The notes beneath the pieces were generated by a model that saw nothing but the letters and a program-made list of their open reading frames with translations, ran no database searches and was not told the origin of the DNA. Made by a program: the position numbers and the translations under genes. From Eledone cirrhosa (taxonomy: Eukaryota), in the NCBI GenBank assembly GCA_964016885.1, contig OZ024741.1, forward strand, positions 410,564,001 through 410,628,000: a stretch of DNA of 64,000 nucleotides, written 5' to 3'. Below, piece by piece: positions 1 through 14,599 of this stretch (its first letter is position 1; each line of letters starts with the position of its first letter).

Positions 1-3000
1 CTGGGGAGCCTCTACTTCTGTAAATTAAATCACCGGCAACTACTGTCTCTAAGCAACCTATCCTTCTGTAAATAATTAAATCACCAGCAACTACTGTCTC
101 TGAGCAACCTCTACTTCTGTAAATTAAATCACCAGCAACTACTGTCTCTGAGCAACGTCTACTTCTGTAAATTAAATCACCAGCAACTACTGTCTCTGAG
201 CAACCTCTATTTCTGTAAATTAAATCACCAGCAACTACTGTCTCTAAGCAACCTCCTCCTTTACTAATTAAATCACCAGCAACTACTGTCACTAAGCAAC
301 CTCCACTTTTACTAATTAAATCACCAGCAAATACTGTCTCTGAGCAACCTCTATTTCTGTAAATTAAATCACCAGCAACTACTGTCTCTAAGCAACCTCC
401 ACCTTTACTAATTAATTCACCAGCAACTACTGTCTCTGAGCAACCTCTATTTCTGTAAATTAAATCACCAGCATCTACTGTCTCTGTGCAAACTCCACCT
501 CTTCTAATTAAATCACCAGCATCTACTGTCTCTGTGCAATCTCCACCTCTTCTAATTAAATCACCAGCAACCACCGTCTCTAAGCAAGCCCCCTCCTTTA
601 CTAATTAAATCTCCAGCAACTACTGTCTGTAAGCAACCCCCACCTTTACTAATTAAATCACCAGCAACTACTGTCTCTGTGCAATCTCCACCTCTACTAA
701 TTAAATCACCAGTAACTACTGTCTCTGAGCAACCTCCACCTCTTCTAATTAAATCACCAGCAACTACTGTCTCTGAGGAGCCTCTACTTCTTTAAATTAA
801 ATCGCCAGCAACTACTGTCTCTGAGCAAACTCCACCTCTTCTAACGAAATCACCAGCAACTACTGTCTTTGAGCAACCTCCACCTCTACTAATTAAATCA
901 CCAGCAACTAGTCTCTGAGGAGCCTCTACTTCTGTAAATTAAATCTCCAGCATCTACTGTCTCTGTGCAATCTCCACCTCTTCTAATTAAATCACCAGCA
1001 TCTACTGTCTCTGTGCAATCTCCACCTCTTCTAATTAAATCACCAGCATCTACTGTCTCTGTGCAATCTCCACCTCTTCTAATTAAATCACCAGCAACCA
1101 CTGTCTCTAAGCAAGCCCGCTCCTTAACTAATTAAATCTCCAGCAACTACTGTCTGTAAGCAACCCCCACCTTTACTAATTAAATCACCAGCAACTACTG
1201 TCTCTGTGCAATCTCCACCTCTTCTAATTAAATCACCAGCAACTACTGTCTCTGAGGAGCCTCTACTTTTTAAATTAAATCACCAGCAACTACTGTCTCT
1301 GAGCAACCTCCACCTCTACTAATTAAATCACCAGCAACTACCGTCTCTGAGCAACCTCTACTTCTGTAAATTAAATCACCAGCAACTACTGTCTCTGAGC
1401 AACATCTACTTCTGTAAATTAAATCACCAGCAACTACTGTCTCCGAGGAGCCTCTATTTCTGTAAATTAAATCACCATCAACTACTGTCTATAAGCAACA
1501 TCCACATCTACTAATTAAATCACCAGCAACTACTGTCTCTGAGGAACCTCTATTTCTGTAAATTAAATCACCAGCAACTACTGTCTCTAAGCAACCTCCA
1601 CCTTTACTAATTAAATCACCAGCAAACACTGTCTCCAAGCAAGCCCCTTCCTTTACTAATTAAATCACCAGCAACTACTGTCTCTAAGCAACCTCCAACT
1701 CTACTAATTAAATCACCAGCAACTACTGTCTCTAAGCAACCTCCACGTCTTCAAATTAAATCACCAGCAACTACTGTCTCTAAGACACCTCCACCTCTTC
1801 TAATTAAATCAGCATCAACTACTGTCTCTGAGCAACCTCTACTTCTGTAAATTAAATCACCAGCAACTAGTGTCTCTGGGGAGCCTCTACTTCTGTAAAT
1901 TAAATCACCGGCAACTACTGTCTCTAAACAACCTACCCTTCTGTAAATAATTAAATCACCAGCAACTACTGTCTCTGAGCAACCTCTACTTCTGTAAATT
2001 AAATCACCAGCAACTACTGTCTCTGAGCAACGTCTACTTCTGTAAATTAAATCACCAGCAACTACTGTCTCTGAGCAACCTCTATTTCTGTAAATTAAAT
2101 CACCAGCAACTACTGTCTCTAAGCAACCTCCGCCTTTACTAATTAAATCACCAGCAACTACTGTCACTAAGCAACCTCCACTTTTACTAATTAAATCACC
2201 AGCAAATACTGTCTCTGAGCAACCTCTATTTCTGTAAATTAAATCACCAGCAACTACTGTCTCTAAGCAACCTCCACCTTTACTAATTAATTCACCAGCA
2301 ACTACTGTCTCTGAGCAACCTCTATTTCTGTAAATTAAATCACCAGCATCTACTGTCTCTGTGCAAACTCCAGCTCTTCTAATTAAATCACCAGCATCTA
2401 CTGTCTCTGTGCAATCTCCACCTCTTCTAATTAAATCACCAGCAACCACCGTCTCTAAGCAAGCCCCCTCCTTTACTAATTAAATCTCCAGCAACTACTG
2501 TCTGTAAGCAACCCCCACCTTTACTAATTAAATCACCAGCAACTACTGTCTCTGTGCAATCTCCACCTCTACTAATTAAATCACCAGTAACTACTGTCTC
2601 TGAGCAACCTCCACCTCTTCTAATTAAATCACCAGCAACTACTGTCTCTGAGGAGCCTCTACTTCTTTAAATTAAATCGCCAGCAACTACTGTCTCTGAG
2701 CAAACTCCACCTCTTCTAACGAAATCACCAGCAACACTGTCTTTGAGCAACCTCCACCTCTACTAATTAAATCACCAGCAACTAGTCTCTGAGGAGCCTC
2801 TACTTCTGTAAATTAAATCTCCAGCATCTACTGTCTCTGTGCAATCTCCACCTCTTCTAATTAAATCACCAGCATCTACTGTCTCTGTGCAATCTCCACC
2901 TCTTCTAATTAAATCACCAGCATCTACTGTCTCTGTGCAATCTCCACCTCTTCTAATTAAATCACCAGCAACCACTGTCTCTAAGCAAGCCCGCTCCTTA

Positions 3001-3500
3001 ACTAATTAAATCTCCAGCAACTACTGTCTGTAAGCAACCCCCACCTTTACTAATTAAATCACCAGCAACTACTGTCTCTGTGCAATCTCCACCTCTTCTA
3101 ATTAAATCACCAGCAACTACTGACTCTGAGGAGCCTCTACTTTTTAAATTAAATCACCAGCAACTACTGTCTCTGAGCAACCTCCACCTCTACTAATTAA
3201 ATCACCAGCAACTACCGTCTCTGAGCAACCTCTACTTTAGTAAATTAAATCACCAGCAACTACTGTCTCTGAGCAACATCTACTTCTGTAAATTAAATCA
3301 CCAGCAACTACTGTCTCCGAGGAGCCTCTATTTCTGTAAATTAAATCACCATCAACTACTGTCTATAAGCAACATCCACATCTACTAATTAAATCACCAG
3401 CAACTACTGTCTCTGAGGAACCTCTATTTCTGTAAATTAAATCACCAGCAACTACTGTCTCTAAGCAACCTCCACCTTTACTAATTAAATCACCAGCAAA
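1..3500. repeat. ~1874-bp (39-monomer) duplication within the 48-bp satellite
   Basis: CTGGGGAGCC marker at 1 and 1876; identical translated blocks at 898 and 2772. Boundaries approximate. Confidence 0.85.
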
Positions 3501-6500
3501 CACTGTCTCTAAGCAAGCCCCTTCCTTTACTAATTAAATCACCAGCAACTACTGTCTCTAAGCAACCCCCAACTTTACTAATTAAATCACCAGCATCTAC
3601 TGTCTCTGTGCAATCTCCACATCCTCTAATTAAATCACCAGTAACTACTGTCTCTGAGCAACCTCCACCTCTTCTAATTAAATCACCAGCAACTACTGTC
3701 TCTGAGGAGCCTCTACTTCTTTAAATTAAATCACCAGCAACTACTGTCTCTGAGCAACCTCCACCTCTACTAATTAAATCACCAGCAACTACCGTCTCTG
3801 AGCAACCTCTACTTCTGTAAATTAAATCACCATCCACTACTGTCTCTAAGCAAACTACACCTCTTCTAACGAAATCACCAGCAACTACTGTCTTTGAGCA
3901 ACCTCTACTTCTGTAAATTAAATTACCAGCAACTACTGTCTCTGAGCAACCTATACTTCTGTAAATTAAATCACCAGCAACTACTGTCTATAAGCAACCT
4001 CTACTTCTGTAAATTAAATCACCAGCAACTACTGCCTCTGAGCAACCTCTACTTCTGTAAATTAAATCACCAGCAACTACTGTCTCTAAGCAACCTCCAA
4101 CTCTACTAATTAAATCACCAGCAACTACTGTCTCTGAGCAACGTCTACTTCTGCAAATTGAATCACCAGCAACTACTGTCTCTGAGCAACCTCCACCTCT
4201 ACTAATTAAATCACCAGCAACTACTGTCTCTCAGCAACCTCTACTTCTGTAAATTAAATCACCTGCAACTACTGTCTATAAGCAACCTACACCATTTCTA
4301 ATTAAATCACCACCAACTACTGTCTTTGACCAACCTCTACTTCTGTAAATTAAATTACAAGCAACTACTGTCTCTGACCAAACTCTACTTCTGTAAATTA
4401 AATCACCAGCAACTAGTCTGTGAGGAGCCTTCTACTTCTGTAAATCAAATCACCAGCAACTACTGTCTCTAAGCAACCTCCACGTCTTCAAATTAAATCA
4501 CCAGCAACTACTGTCTCTAAGCAACCTCCACCTCTTCTAATTAAATCAGCATTAACTACTGTCTCTGAGCAACCTCTACTTCTGTAAATTAAATCACCGG
4601 CAACTACTGTCTCTAAGCAACCAATCCTTCTGTAAATTAAATCACCAGCAACTACTGTCTCTGAGCAACCTCTACTTCTGTAAATTAAATCACCAGCAAC
4701 TACTGTCTCTAAGAAACCTCCACCTCTTATAATTAAGTCACCAGTAACTACTGTCTCTAAGCAACCTCTAACTCTACTAATTAAATCACCAGCAACTACT
4801 GTCTCTGAGCAACCTCTACTTCTGTAAATTAAATCACCAGCAACTACTGTCTCTAAGCAGCCTCCACTACTTCAATTTAAATCATCAGCAACTACTGTCT
4901 CTAAGCAAAATCCACCTCTTATAATTAAATCACCAGCAATTACTGTCTCTGACCAACCCCTACTTCTGTAAATTAAATCACTAGCAACTACTGTCTCTGA
5001 GCAACCTATACTTCTGTAAGTTAAATTACCAACAACTACTGTCTCTGAGCAACCTCTGCTTCTGTAAATTAAATCACCAGCAACTAGTCTCTGAGGAGCC
5101 TCTACTTCTGTAAATTAAATCACCAGTAACTACTGTCTCTAAGCAACCTCCAACTTTAATAATTAAATCACCAGCAACTACTGTCTCTGAGCAACCTCTA
5201 CTTCTGTAAATTAAATCACCATCAACTACTGTCTCTGAGCAAGCTACACCTCTTCTAATTAAATCACCAGCAACTACTGTCTTTGACCAACCTCTACTTC
5301 TGTAAATTAAATCACCAGCAACTACTGTCTCTGAGCAACCTCTACTTCTGTAAATTAAATCACCAGCAACTACTGTCTCTGAGCAACATCTACTTCTGTA
5401 AATTAAATAACCAGCAACTACTGTCTCTGAGGAGCCTCTATTTCTGTAAATTAAATCACCATCAACTACTGTCTCTAAGCAACCTCCACCTCTACTAATT
5501 AAATCACCAGCAACTACTGTCTCTGAGCAACCTCTACTTCTGTAAATTAAATCACCAGCAACTACTGTCTCTAAGAAACCCCCAACTTTACTAATTAAAT
5601 CACCAGTAACTACTGTCTCTGAGCAACCTCCACCTCTTCTAAGTAAATCACCAGCAACTACTGTCTCTGAGGAGCCTCTACTTCTTTAAATTAAATCACC
5701 AGCAACTACTGTCTCTGAGCAACCTCCAACTCTACTAATTAAATCACCAGCAACTACCGTCTCTGAGCAACCTCTACTTCTGTAAATTAAATCACCAGCA
5801 ACTACTCTCTCTAAGCAAACTACACCTCTTCTAACGAAATCACCAGCAACTACTGTCTTTGAGCAACCTCTACTTCTGTAAATTAAATTACCAGCAACTA
5901 CTGTCTCTGAGCAACCTCTACTTCTGTAAATTAAATCACCAGCAACTACTGTCTCTGAGCAACGTCTACTTCTGTAAATTAAATCACCAGCAACTACTGT
6001 CTCTGAGCAACCTCTATTTCTGTAAATTAATCACCAGCAACTACTGTCTCTAAGCAACCTCCGCCTTTACTAATTAAATCACCAGCAACTACTGTCACTA
6101 AGCAACCTCCACTTTTACTAATTAAATCACCAGCAAATACTGTCTCTGAGCAACCTCTATTTCTGTAAATTAAATCACCAGCAACTACTGTCTCTAAGCA
6201 ACCTCCACCTTTACTAATTGATTCACCAGCAACTACTGTCTCTGAGCAACCTCTATTTCTGTAAATTAAATCACCAGCATCTACTGTCTCTGTGCAAACT
6301 CCAGCTCTTCTAATTAAATCACCAGCATCTACTGTCTCTGTGCAATCTCCACCTATTCTAATTAAATCACCAGCAACCACCGTCTCTAAGCAAGCCCCCT
6401 CCTTTACTAATTAAATCTCCAGCAACTACTGTCTGTAAGCAACCCCCACCTTTACTAATTAAATCACCAGCAACTACTGTCTCTGTGCAATCTCCACCTC

Positions 6501-9500
6501 TACTAATTAAATCACCAGTAACTACTGTCTCTGAGCAACCTCCACCTCTTCTAATTAAATCACCAGCAACTACTGTCTCTGAGGAGCCTCTACTTCTTTA
6601 AATTAAATCGCCAGCAACTACTGTCTCTGAGCAAACTCCACCTCTTCTAACGAAATCACCAGCAACTACTGTCTTTGAGCAACCTCCACCTCTACTAATT
6701 AAATCACCAGCAACTAGTCTCTGAGGAGCCTCTACTTCTGTAAATTAAATCTCCAGCATCTACTGTCTCTGTGCAATCTCCACCTCTTCTAATTAAATCA
6801 CCAGCATCTACTGTCTCTGTGCAATCTCCACCTCTTCTAATTAAATCACCAGCATCTACTGTCTCTGTGCAATCTCCACCTCTTCTAATTAAATCACCAG
6901 CAACCACTGTCTCTAAGCAAGCCCGCTCCTTAACTAATTAAATCTCCAGCAACTACTGTCTGTAAGCAACCCCCACCTTTACTAATTAAATCACCAGCAA
7001 CTACTGTCTCTGTGCAATCTCCACCTCTTCTAATTAAATCACCAGCAACTACTGTCTCTGAGGAGCCTCTACTTTTTAAATTAAATCACCAGCAACTACT
7101 GTCTCTGAGCAACCTCCACCTCTACTAATTAAATCACCAGCAACTACCGTCTCTGAGCAACCTCTACTTTAGTAAATTAAATCACCAGCAACTACTGTCT
7201 CTGAGCAACATCTACTTCTGTAAATTAAATCACCAGCAACTACTGTCTCCGAGGAGCCTCTATTTCTGTAAATTAAATCACCATCAACTACTGTCTATAA
7301 GCAACATCCACATCTACTAATTAAATCACCAGCAACTACTGTCTCTGAGGAACCTCTATTTCTGTAAATTAAATCACCAGCAACTACTGTCTCTAAGCAA
7401 CCTCCACCTTTACTAATTAAATCACCAGCAAACACTGTCTCTAAGCAAGCCCCTTCCTTTACTAATTAAATCACCAGCAACTACTGTCTCTAAGCAACCC
7501 CCAACTTTACTAATTAAATCACCAGCATCTACTGTCTCTGTGCAATCTCCACATCCTCTAATTAAATCACCAGTAACTACTGTCTCTGAGCAACCTCCAC
7601 CTCTTCTAATTAAATCACCAGCAACTACTGTCTCTGAGGAGCCTCTACTTCTTTAAATTAAATCACCAGCAACTACTGTCTCTGAGCAACCTCCACCTCT
7701 ACTAATTAAATCACCAGCAACTACCCTCTCTGAGCAACCTCTACTTCTGTAAATTAAATCACCATCCACTACTGTCTCTAAGCAAACTACACCTCTTCTA
7801 ACGAAATCACCAGCAACTACTGTCTTTGAGCAACCTCTACTTCTGTAAATTAAATTACCAGCAACTACTGTCTCTGAGCAACCTATACTTCTGTAAATTA
7901 AATCACCAGCAACTACTGTCTATAAGCAACCTCTACTTCTGTAAATTAAATCACCAGCAACTACTGCCTCTGAGCAACCTCTACTTCTGTAAATTAAATC
8001 ACCAGCAACTACTGTCTCTAAGCAACCTCCAACTCTACTAATTAAATCACCAGCAACTACTGTCTCTGAGCAACGTCTACTTCTGCAAATTGAATCACCA
8101 GCAACTACTGTCTCTGAGCAACCTCCACCTCTACTAATTAAATCACCAGCAACTACTGTCTCTCAGCAACCTCTACTTCTGTAAATTAAATCACCTGCAA
8201 CTACTGTCTATAAGCAACCTACACCATTTCTAATTAAATCACCACCAACTACTGTCTTTGACCAACCTCTACTTCTGTAAATTAAATTACAAGCAACTAC
8301 TGTCTCTGACCAAACTCTACTTCTGTAAATTAAATCACCAGCAACTAGTCTGTGAGGAGCCTTCTACTTCTGTAAATCAAATCACCAGCAACTACTGTCT
8401 CTAAGCAACCTCCACGTCTTCAAATTAAATCACCAGCAACTACTGTCTCTAAGCAACCTCCACCTCTTCTAATTAAATCAGCATTAACTACTGTCTCTGA
8501 GCAACCTCTACTTCTGTAAATTAAATCACCGGCAACTACTGTCTCTAAGCAACCAATCCTTCTGTAAATTAAATCACCAGCAACTACTGTCTCTGAGCAA
8601 CCTCTACTTCTGTAAATTAAATCACCAGCAACTACTGTCTCTAAGAAACCTCCACCTCTTATAATTAAGTCACCAGTAACTACTGTCTCTAAGCAACCTC
8701 TAACTCTACTAATTAAATCACCAGCAACTACTGTCTCTGAGCAACCTCTACTTCTGTAAATTAAATCACCAGCAACTACTGTCTCTAAGCAGCCTCCACT
8801 ACTTCAATTTAAATCATCAGCAACTACTGTCTCTAAGCAAAATCCACCTCTTATAATTAAATCACCAGCAATTACTGTCTCTGACCAACCCCTACTTCTG
8901 TAAATTAAATCACTAGCAACTACTGTCTCTGAGCAACCTATACTTCTGTAAATTAAATTACCAACAACTACTGTCTCTGAGCAACCTCTGCTTCTGTAAA
9001 TTAAATCACCAGCAACTAGTCTCTGAGGAGCCTCTACTTCTGTAAATTAAATCACCAGTAACTACTGTCTCTAAGCAACCTCCAACTTTAATAATTAAAT
9101 CACCAGCAACTACTGTCTCTGAGCAACCTCTACTTCTGTAAATTAAATCACCATCAACTACTGTCTCTGAGCAAGCTACACCTCTTCTAATTAAATCACC
9201 AGCAACTACTGTCTTTGACCAACCTCTACTTCTGTAAATTAAATCACCAGCAACTACTGTCTCTGAGCAACCTCTACTTCTGTAAATTAAATCACCAGCA
9301 ACTACTGTCTCTGAGCAACATCTACTTCTGTAAATTAAATAACCAGCAACTACTGTCTCTGAGGAGCCTCTATTTCTGTAAATTAAATCACCATCAACTA
9401 CTGTCTCTAAGCAACCTCCACCTCTACTAATTAAATCACCAGCAACTACTGTCTCTGAGCAACCTCTACTTCTGTAAATTAAATCACCAGCAACTACTGT

Positions 9501-12500
9501 CTCTAAGAAACCCCCAACTTTACTAATTAAATCACCAGTAACTACTGTCTCTGAGCAACCTCCACCTCTTCTAAGTAAATCACCAGCAACTACTGTCTCT
9601 GAGGAGCCTCTACTTCTTTAAATTAAATCACCAGCAACTACTGTCTCTGAGCAACCTCCAACTCTACTAATTAAATCACCAGCAACTACCGTCTCTGAGC
9701 AACCTCTACTTCTGTAAATTAAATCACCAGCAACTACTCTCTCTAAGCAAACTACACCTCTTCTAACGAAATCACCAGCAACTACTGTCTTTGAGCAACC
9801 TCTACTTCTGTAAATTAAATTACCAGCAACTACTGTCTCTGAGCAACCTCTACTTCTGTAAATTAAATCACCAGCAACTACTGTCTCTGAGCAACGTCTA
9901 CTTCTGTAAATTAAATCACCAGCAACTACTGTCTCTGAGCAACCTCTATTTCTGTAAATTAATCACCAGCAACTACTGTCTCTAAGCAACCTCCGCCTTT
10001 ACTAATTAAATCACCAGCAACTACTGTCACTAAGCAACCTCCACTTTTACTAATTAAATCACCAGCAAATACTGTCTCTGAGCAACCTCTATTTCTGTAA
10101 ATTAAATCACCAGCAACTACTGTCTCTAAGCAACCTCCACCTTTACTAATTAATTCACCAGCAACTACTGTCTCTGAGCAACCTCTATTTCTGTAAATTA
10201 AATCACCAGCATCTACTGTCTCTGTGCAAACTCCAGCTCTTCTAATTAAATCACCAGCATCTACTGTCTCTGTGCAATCTCCACCTATTCTAATTAAATC
10301 ACCAGCAACCACCGTCTCTAAGCAAGCCCCCTCCTTTACTAATTAAATCTCCAGCAACTACTGTCTGTAAGCAACCCCCACCTTTACTAATTAAATCACC
10401 AGCAACTACTGTCTCTGTGCAATCTCCACCTCTACTAATTAAATCACCAGTAACTACTGTCTCTGAGCAACCTCCACCTCTTCTAATTAAATCACCAGCA
10501 ACTACTGTCTCTGAGGAGCCTCTACTTCTTTAAATTAAATCGCCAGCAACTACTGTCTCTGAGCAAACTCCACCTCTTCTAACGAAATCACCAGCAACTA
10601 CTGTCTTTGAGCAACCTCCACCTCTACTAATTAAATCACCAGCAACTAGTCTCTGAGGAGCCTCTACTTCTGTAAATTAAATCTCCAGCATCTACTGTCT
10701 CTGTGCAATCTCCACCTCTTCTAATTAAATCACCAGCATCTACTGTCTCTGTGCAATCTCCACCTCTTCTAATTAAATCACCAGCATCTACTGTCTCTGT
10801 GCAATCTCCACCTCTTCTAATTAAATCACCAGCAACCACTGTCTCTAAGCAAGCCCGCTCCTTAACTAATTAAATCTCCAGCAACTACTGTCTGTAAGCA
10901 ACCCCCACCTTTACTAATTAAATCACCAGCAACTACTGTCTCTGTGCAATCTCCACCTCTTCTAATTAAATCACCAGCAACTACTGTCTCTGAGGAGCCT
11001 CTACTTTTTAAATTAAATCACCAGCAACTACTGTCTCTGAGCAACCTCCACCTCTACTAATTAAATCACCAGCAACTACCGTCTCTGAGCAACCTCTACT
11101 TTAGTAAATTAAATCACCAGCAACTACTGTCTCTGAGCAACATCTACTTCTGTAAATTAAATCACCAGCAACTACTGTCTCCGAGGAGCCTCTATTTCTG
11201 TAAATTAAATCACCATCAACTACTGTCTATAAGCAACATCCACATCTACTAATTAAATCACCAGCAACTACTGTCTCTGAGGAACCTCTATTTCTGTAAA
11301 TTAAATCACCAGCAACTACTGTCTCTAAGCAACCTCCACCTTTACTAATTAAATCACCAGCAAACACTGTCTCTAAGCAAGCCCCTTCCTTTACTAATTA
11401 AATCACCAGCAACTACTGTCTCTAAGCAACCCCCAACTTTACTAATTAAATCACCAGCATCTACTGTCTCTGTGCAATCTCCACATCCTCTAATTAAATC
11501 ACCAGTAACTACTGTCTCTGAGCAACCTCCACCTCTTCTAATTAAATCACCAGCAACTACTGTCTCTGAGGAGCCTCTACTTCTTTAAATTAAATCACCA
11601 GCAACTACTGTCTCTGAGCAACCTCCACCTCTACTAATTAAATCACCAGCAACTACCCTCTCTGAGCAACCTCTACTTCTGTAAATTAAATCACCATCCA
11701 CTACTGTCTCTAAGCAAACTACACCTCTTCTAACGAAATCACCAGCAACTACTGTCTTTGAGCAACCTCTACTTCTGTAAATTAAATTACCAGCAACTAC
11801 TGTCTCTGAGCAACCTATACTTCTGTAAATTAAATCACCAGCAACTACTGTCTATAAGCAACCTCTACTTCTGTAAATTAAATCACCAGCAACTACTGCC
11901 TCTGAGCAACCTCTACTTCTGTAAATTAAATCACCAGCAACTACTGTCTCTAAGCAACCTCCAACTCTACTAATTAAATCACCAGCAACTACTGTCTCTG
12001 AGCAACGTCTACTTCTGCAAATTGAATCACCAGCAACTACTGTCTCTGAGCAACCTCCACCTCTACTAATTAAATCACCAGCAACTACTGTCTCTCAGCA
12101 ACCTCTACTTCTGTAAATTAAATCACCTGCAACTACTGTCTATAAGCAACCTACACCATTTCTAATTAAATCACCACCAACTACTGTCTTTGACCAACCT
12201 CTACTTCTGTAAATTAAATTACAAGCAACTACTGTCTCTGACCAAACTCTACTTCTGTAAATTAAATCACCAGCAACTAGTCTGTGAGGAGCCTTCTACT
12301 TCTGTAAATCAAATCACCAGCAACTACTGTCTCTAAGCAACCTCCACGTCTTCAAATTAAATCACCAGCAACTACTGTCTCTAAGCAACCTCCACCTCTT
12401 CTAATTAAATCAGCATTAACTACTGTCTCTGAGCAACCTCTACTTCTGTAAATTAAATCACCGGCAACTACTGTCTCTAAGCAACCAATCCTTCTGTAAA

Positions 12501-12520
12501 TTAAATCACCAGCAACTACT
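1960..12520. repeat. HOR domain, period 3932 bp (~82 monomers), ~2.7 copies
   Basis: Identical ORF-track blocks at 2772/6704/10636, 3894/7826/11758, 5283/9215 and 5859/9791, all 3932 apart. The match breaks near 12522. Boundaries approximate. Confidence 0.93.
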
Positions 12521-14599
12521 GCCTTTAAGCAACCTCTACTTCTGTAAATTAAATCACCAGCAACTAGTCTCTGAGGAGCCTCTACTTCTGTAAATTAAAT
12601 CACCAGCAACTACTGTCTCTAAGCAACCTCCAAATCTACTAATTAAATCACCAGCAACTACTGTCTCTAAGCAACCTCCACCTCTTCTAATTAAATCACG
12701 AGCAACTACTGTCTCTAAGACACCTCCACCTCTTCTAATTAAATCAGCATCAACTACTGTCTCTGAGCAACCTCTACTTCTGTAAATTAAATCACCAGCA
12801 ACTACTGTCTCTGAGGAGCCTCTACTTCTGTAAATTAAATCACCGTCAACTACTGTCTCTAAGCAACCTATCCTTCTGTAAATAATTAAATCACCAGCAA
12901 CTACTGTCTCTGAGCAACCTCTACTTCTGTAAATTAAATCACCAGCAACTACTGTCTCTGAGCAACGTCTACTTCTGTAAATTAAATCACCAGCAACTAC
13001 TGTCTCTAAGCAACCTCCACCTTTACTAATTAAATCACCAGCAACTACTGTCTCTAAGCAACCTCCAACTTTACTAATTAAATCACCAGCAACTACTGTC
13101 TCTGAGCAACCTCTATTTCTGTAAATTAAATCACCAGCAACTACTGTCTCTAAGCAACCTCCACCTTTACTAATTAATTCACCAGCAACTACTGTCTCTG
13201 AGCAACCTCTATTTCTGTAAATCACCAGCATCTACTGTCTCTGTGCAATCTCCACCTCTTCTAATTAAATCACCAGCAACCACTGTCTCTAAGCAAGCCC
13301 CCTCCTTTACTTATTAAATCTCCAGCAACTACTGTCTGTAAGCAACCCCCACCTTTACTAATTAAATCACCAGCAACTACTGTCTCTGTGCAATCTCCAC
13401 CTCTTCTAATTAAATCACCAGCAACTACTGTCTCTGAACAACCTCTACTTCTGTAAATTAAATCACCAGCAACTACTGTCTCTGAGCAACGTCTACTTCT
13501 GTAAATTAAATCACCAGCAACTACTGTCTCTAAGCAACCTCCACCTTTACTAATTAAATCACCAGCAACTACTGTCTCTAAGCAACCTCTACTTCTGTCA
13601 ATTAAATCACCAGCAACTACTGCCTCTGAGCAACCTCTACTTCTGTAAATTAAATCACCAGCAACTAGTCTCCGAGGAGCCTCTAATTCTGTAAATTAAA
13701 TCACCAGCAACTACTGTCTCTAAGCAACCTCCAACTCTACTAATTAAATCACCAGCAACTACTGTCTCTCAGCAACCTCTACTTCTGTAAATTAAATCAC
13801 CTGCAACTACTGTCTATAAGCAACCTACACCATTTCTAATTAAATCACCAGCAACTACTGTCTTTGACCAACCTCTACTTCTGTAAATTAAATTACCAGC
13901 AACTACTGTCACTGAGCAACGTCTACTTCTGTAAATTAAATCACCAGCAACTCCTGTCTCTGAGCAAACTCCACCTCTACTAATTAAATAACCAGCAACT
14001 ACTGTCTCTCAGCAACCTCTACTTCTGTAAATTAAATCACCTGCAACTACTGTCTATAAGCAACCTACACCATTTCTAATTAAATCACCAGCAACTACTG
14101 TCTTTGACCAACCTCTACTTCTGTAAATTAAATTACCAGCAACTACTGTCTCTGAGCAAACTCTACTTCTGTAAATTAAATCACCAGCAACTACTGTCTC
14201 TGAGGAGCCACTATTTCTGTAAATTAAATCACCAGCAACTACTGTCTCTGAGCAACCTCTACTTCTATAAATTAAATTAGCAGCAACTACTGCCTCTGAG
14301 CAACATCTACTTCTGTAAATTAAATCACCAGCAACTAGTCTGTGAGGAGCCTTCTACTTCTGTAAATTAAATCACCAGCAACTACTGTCTCTAAGCAACT
14401 TCCACCTCTTCTAATTAAATCAGCATCAACTACTGTCTCTGAGCAACCTCTACTTCTGTAAATTAAATCACCAGCAACTACCGTCTCTGAGGAGCCTCTA
14501 CTTCTGTAATTTAAATCACCGGCAACTACTGTCTCTAAGCAACCTATCCTTCTGTAAATTAAATCACCAGCAACTACTGTCTCTGAGCAACATCTACTT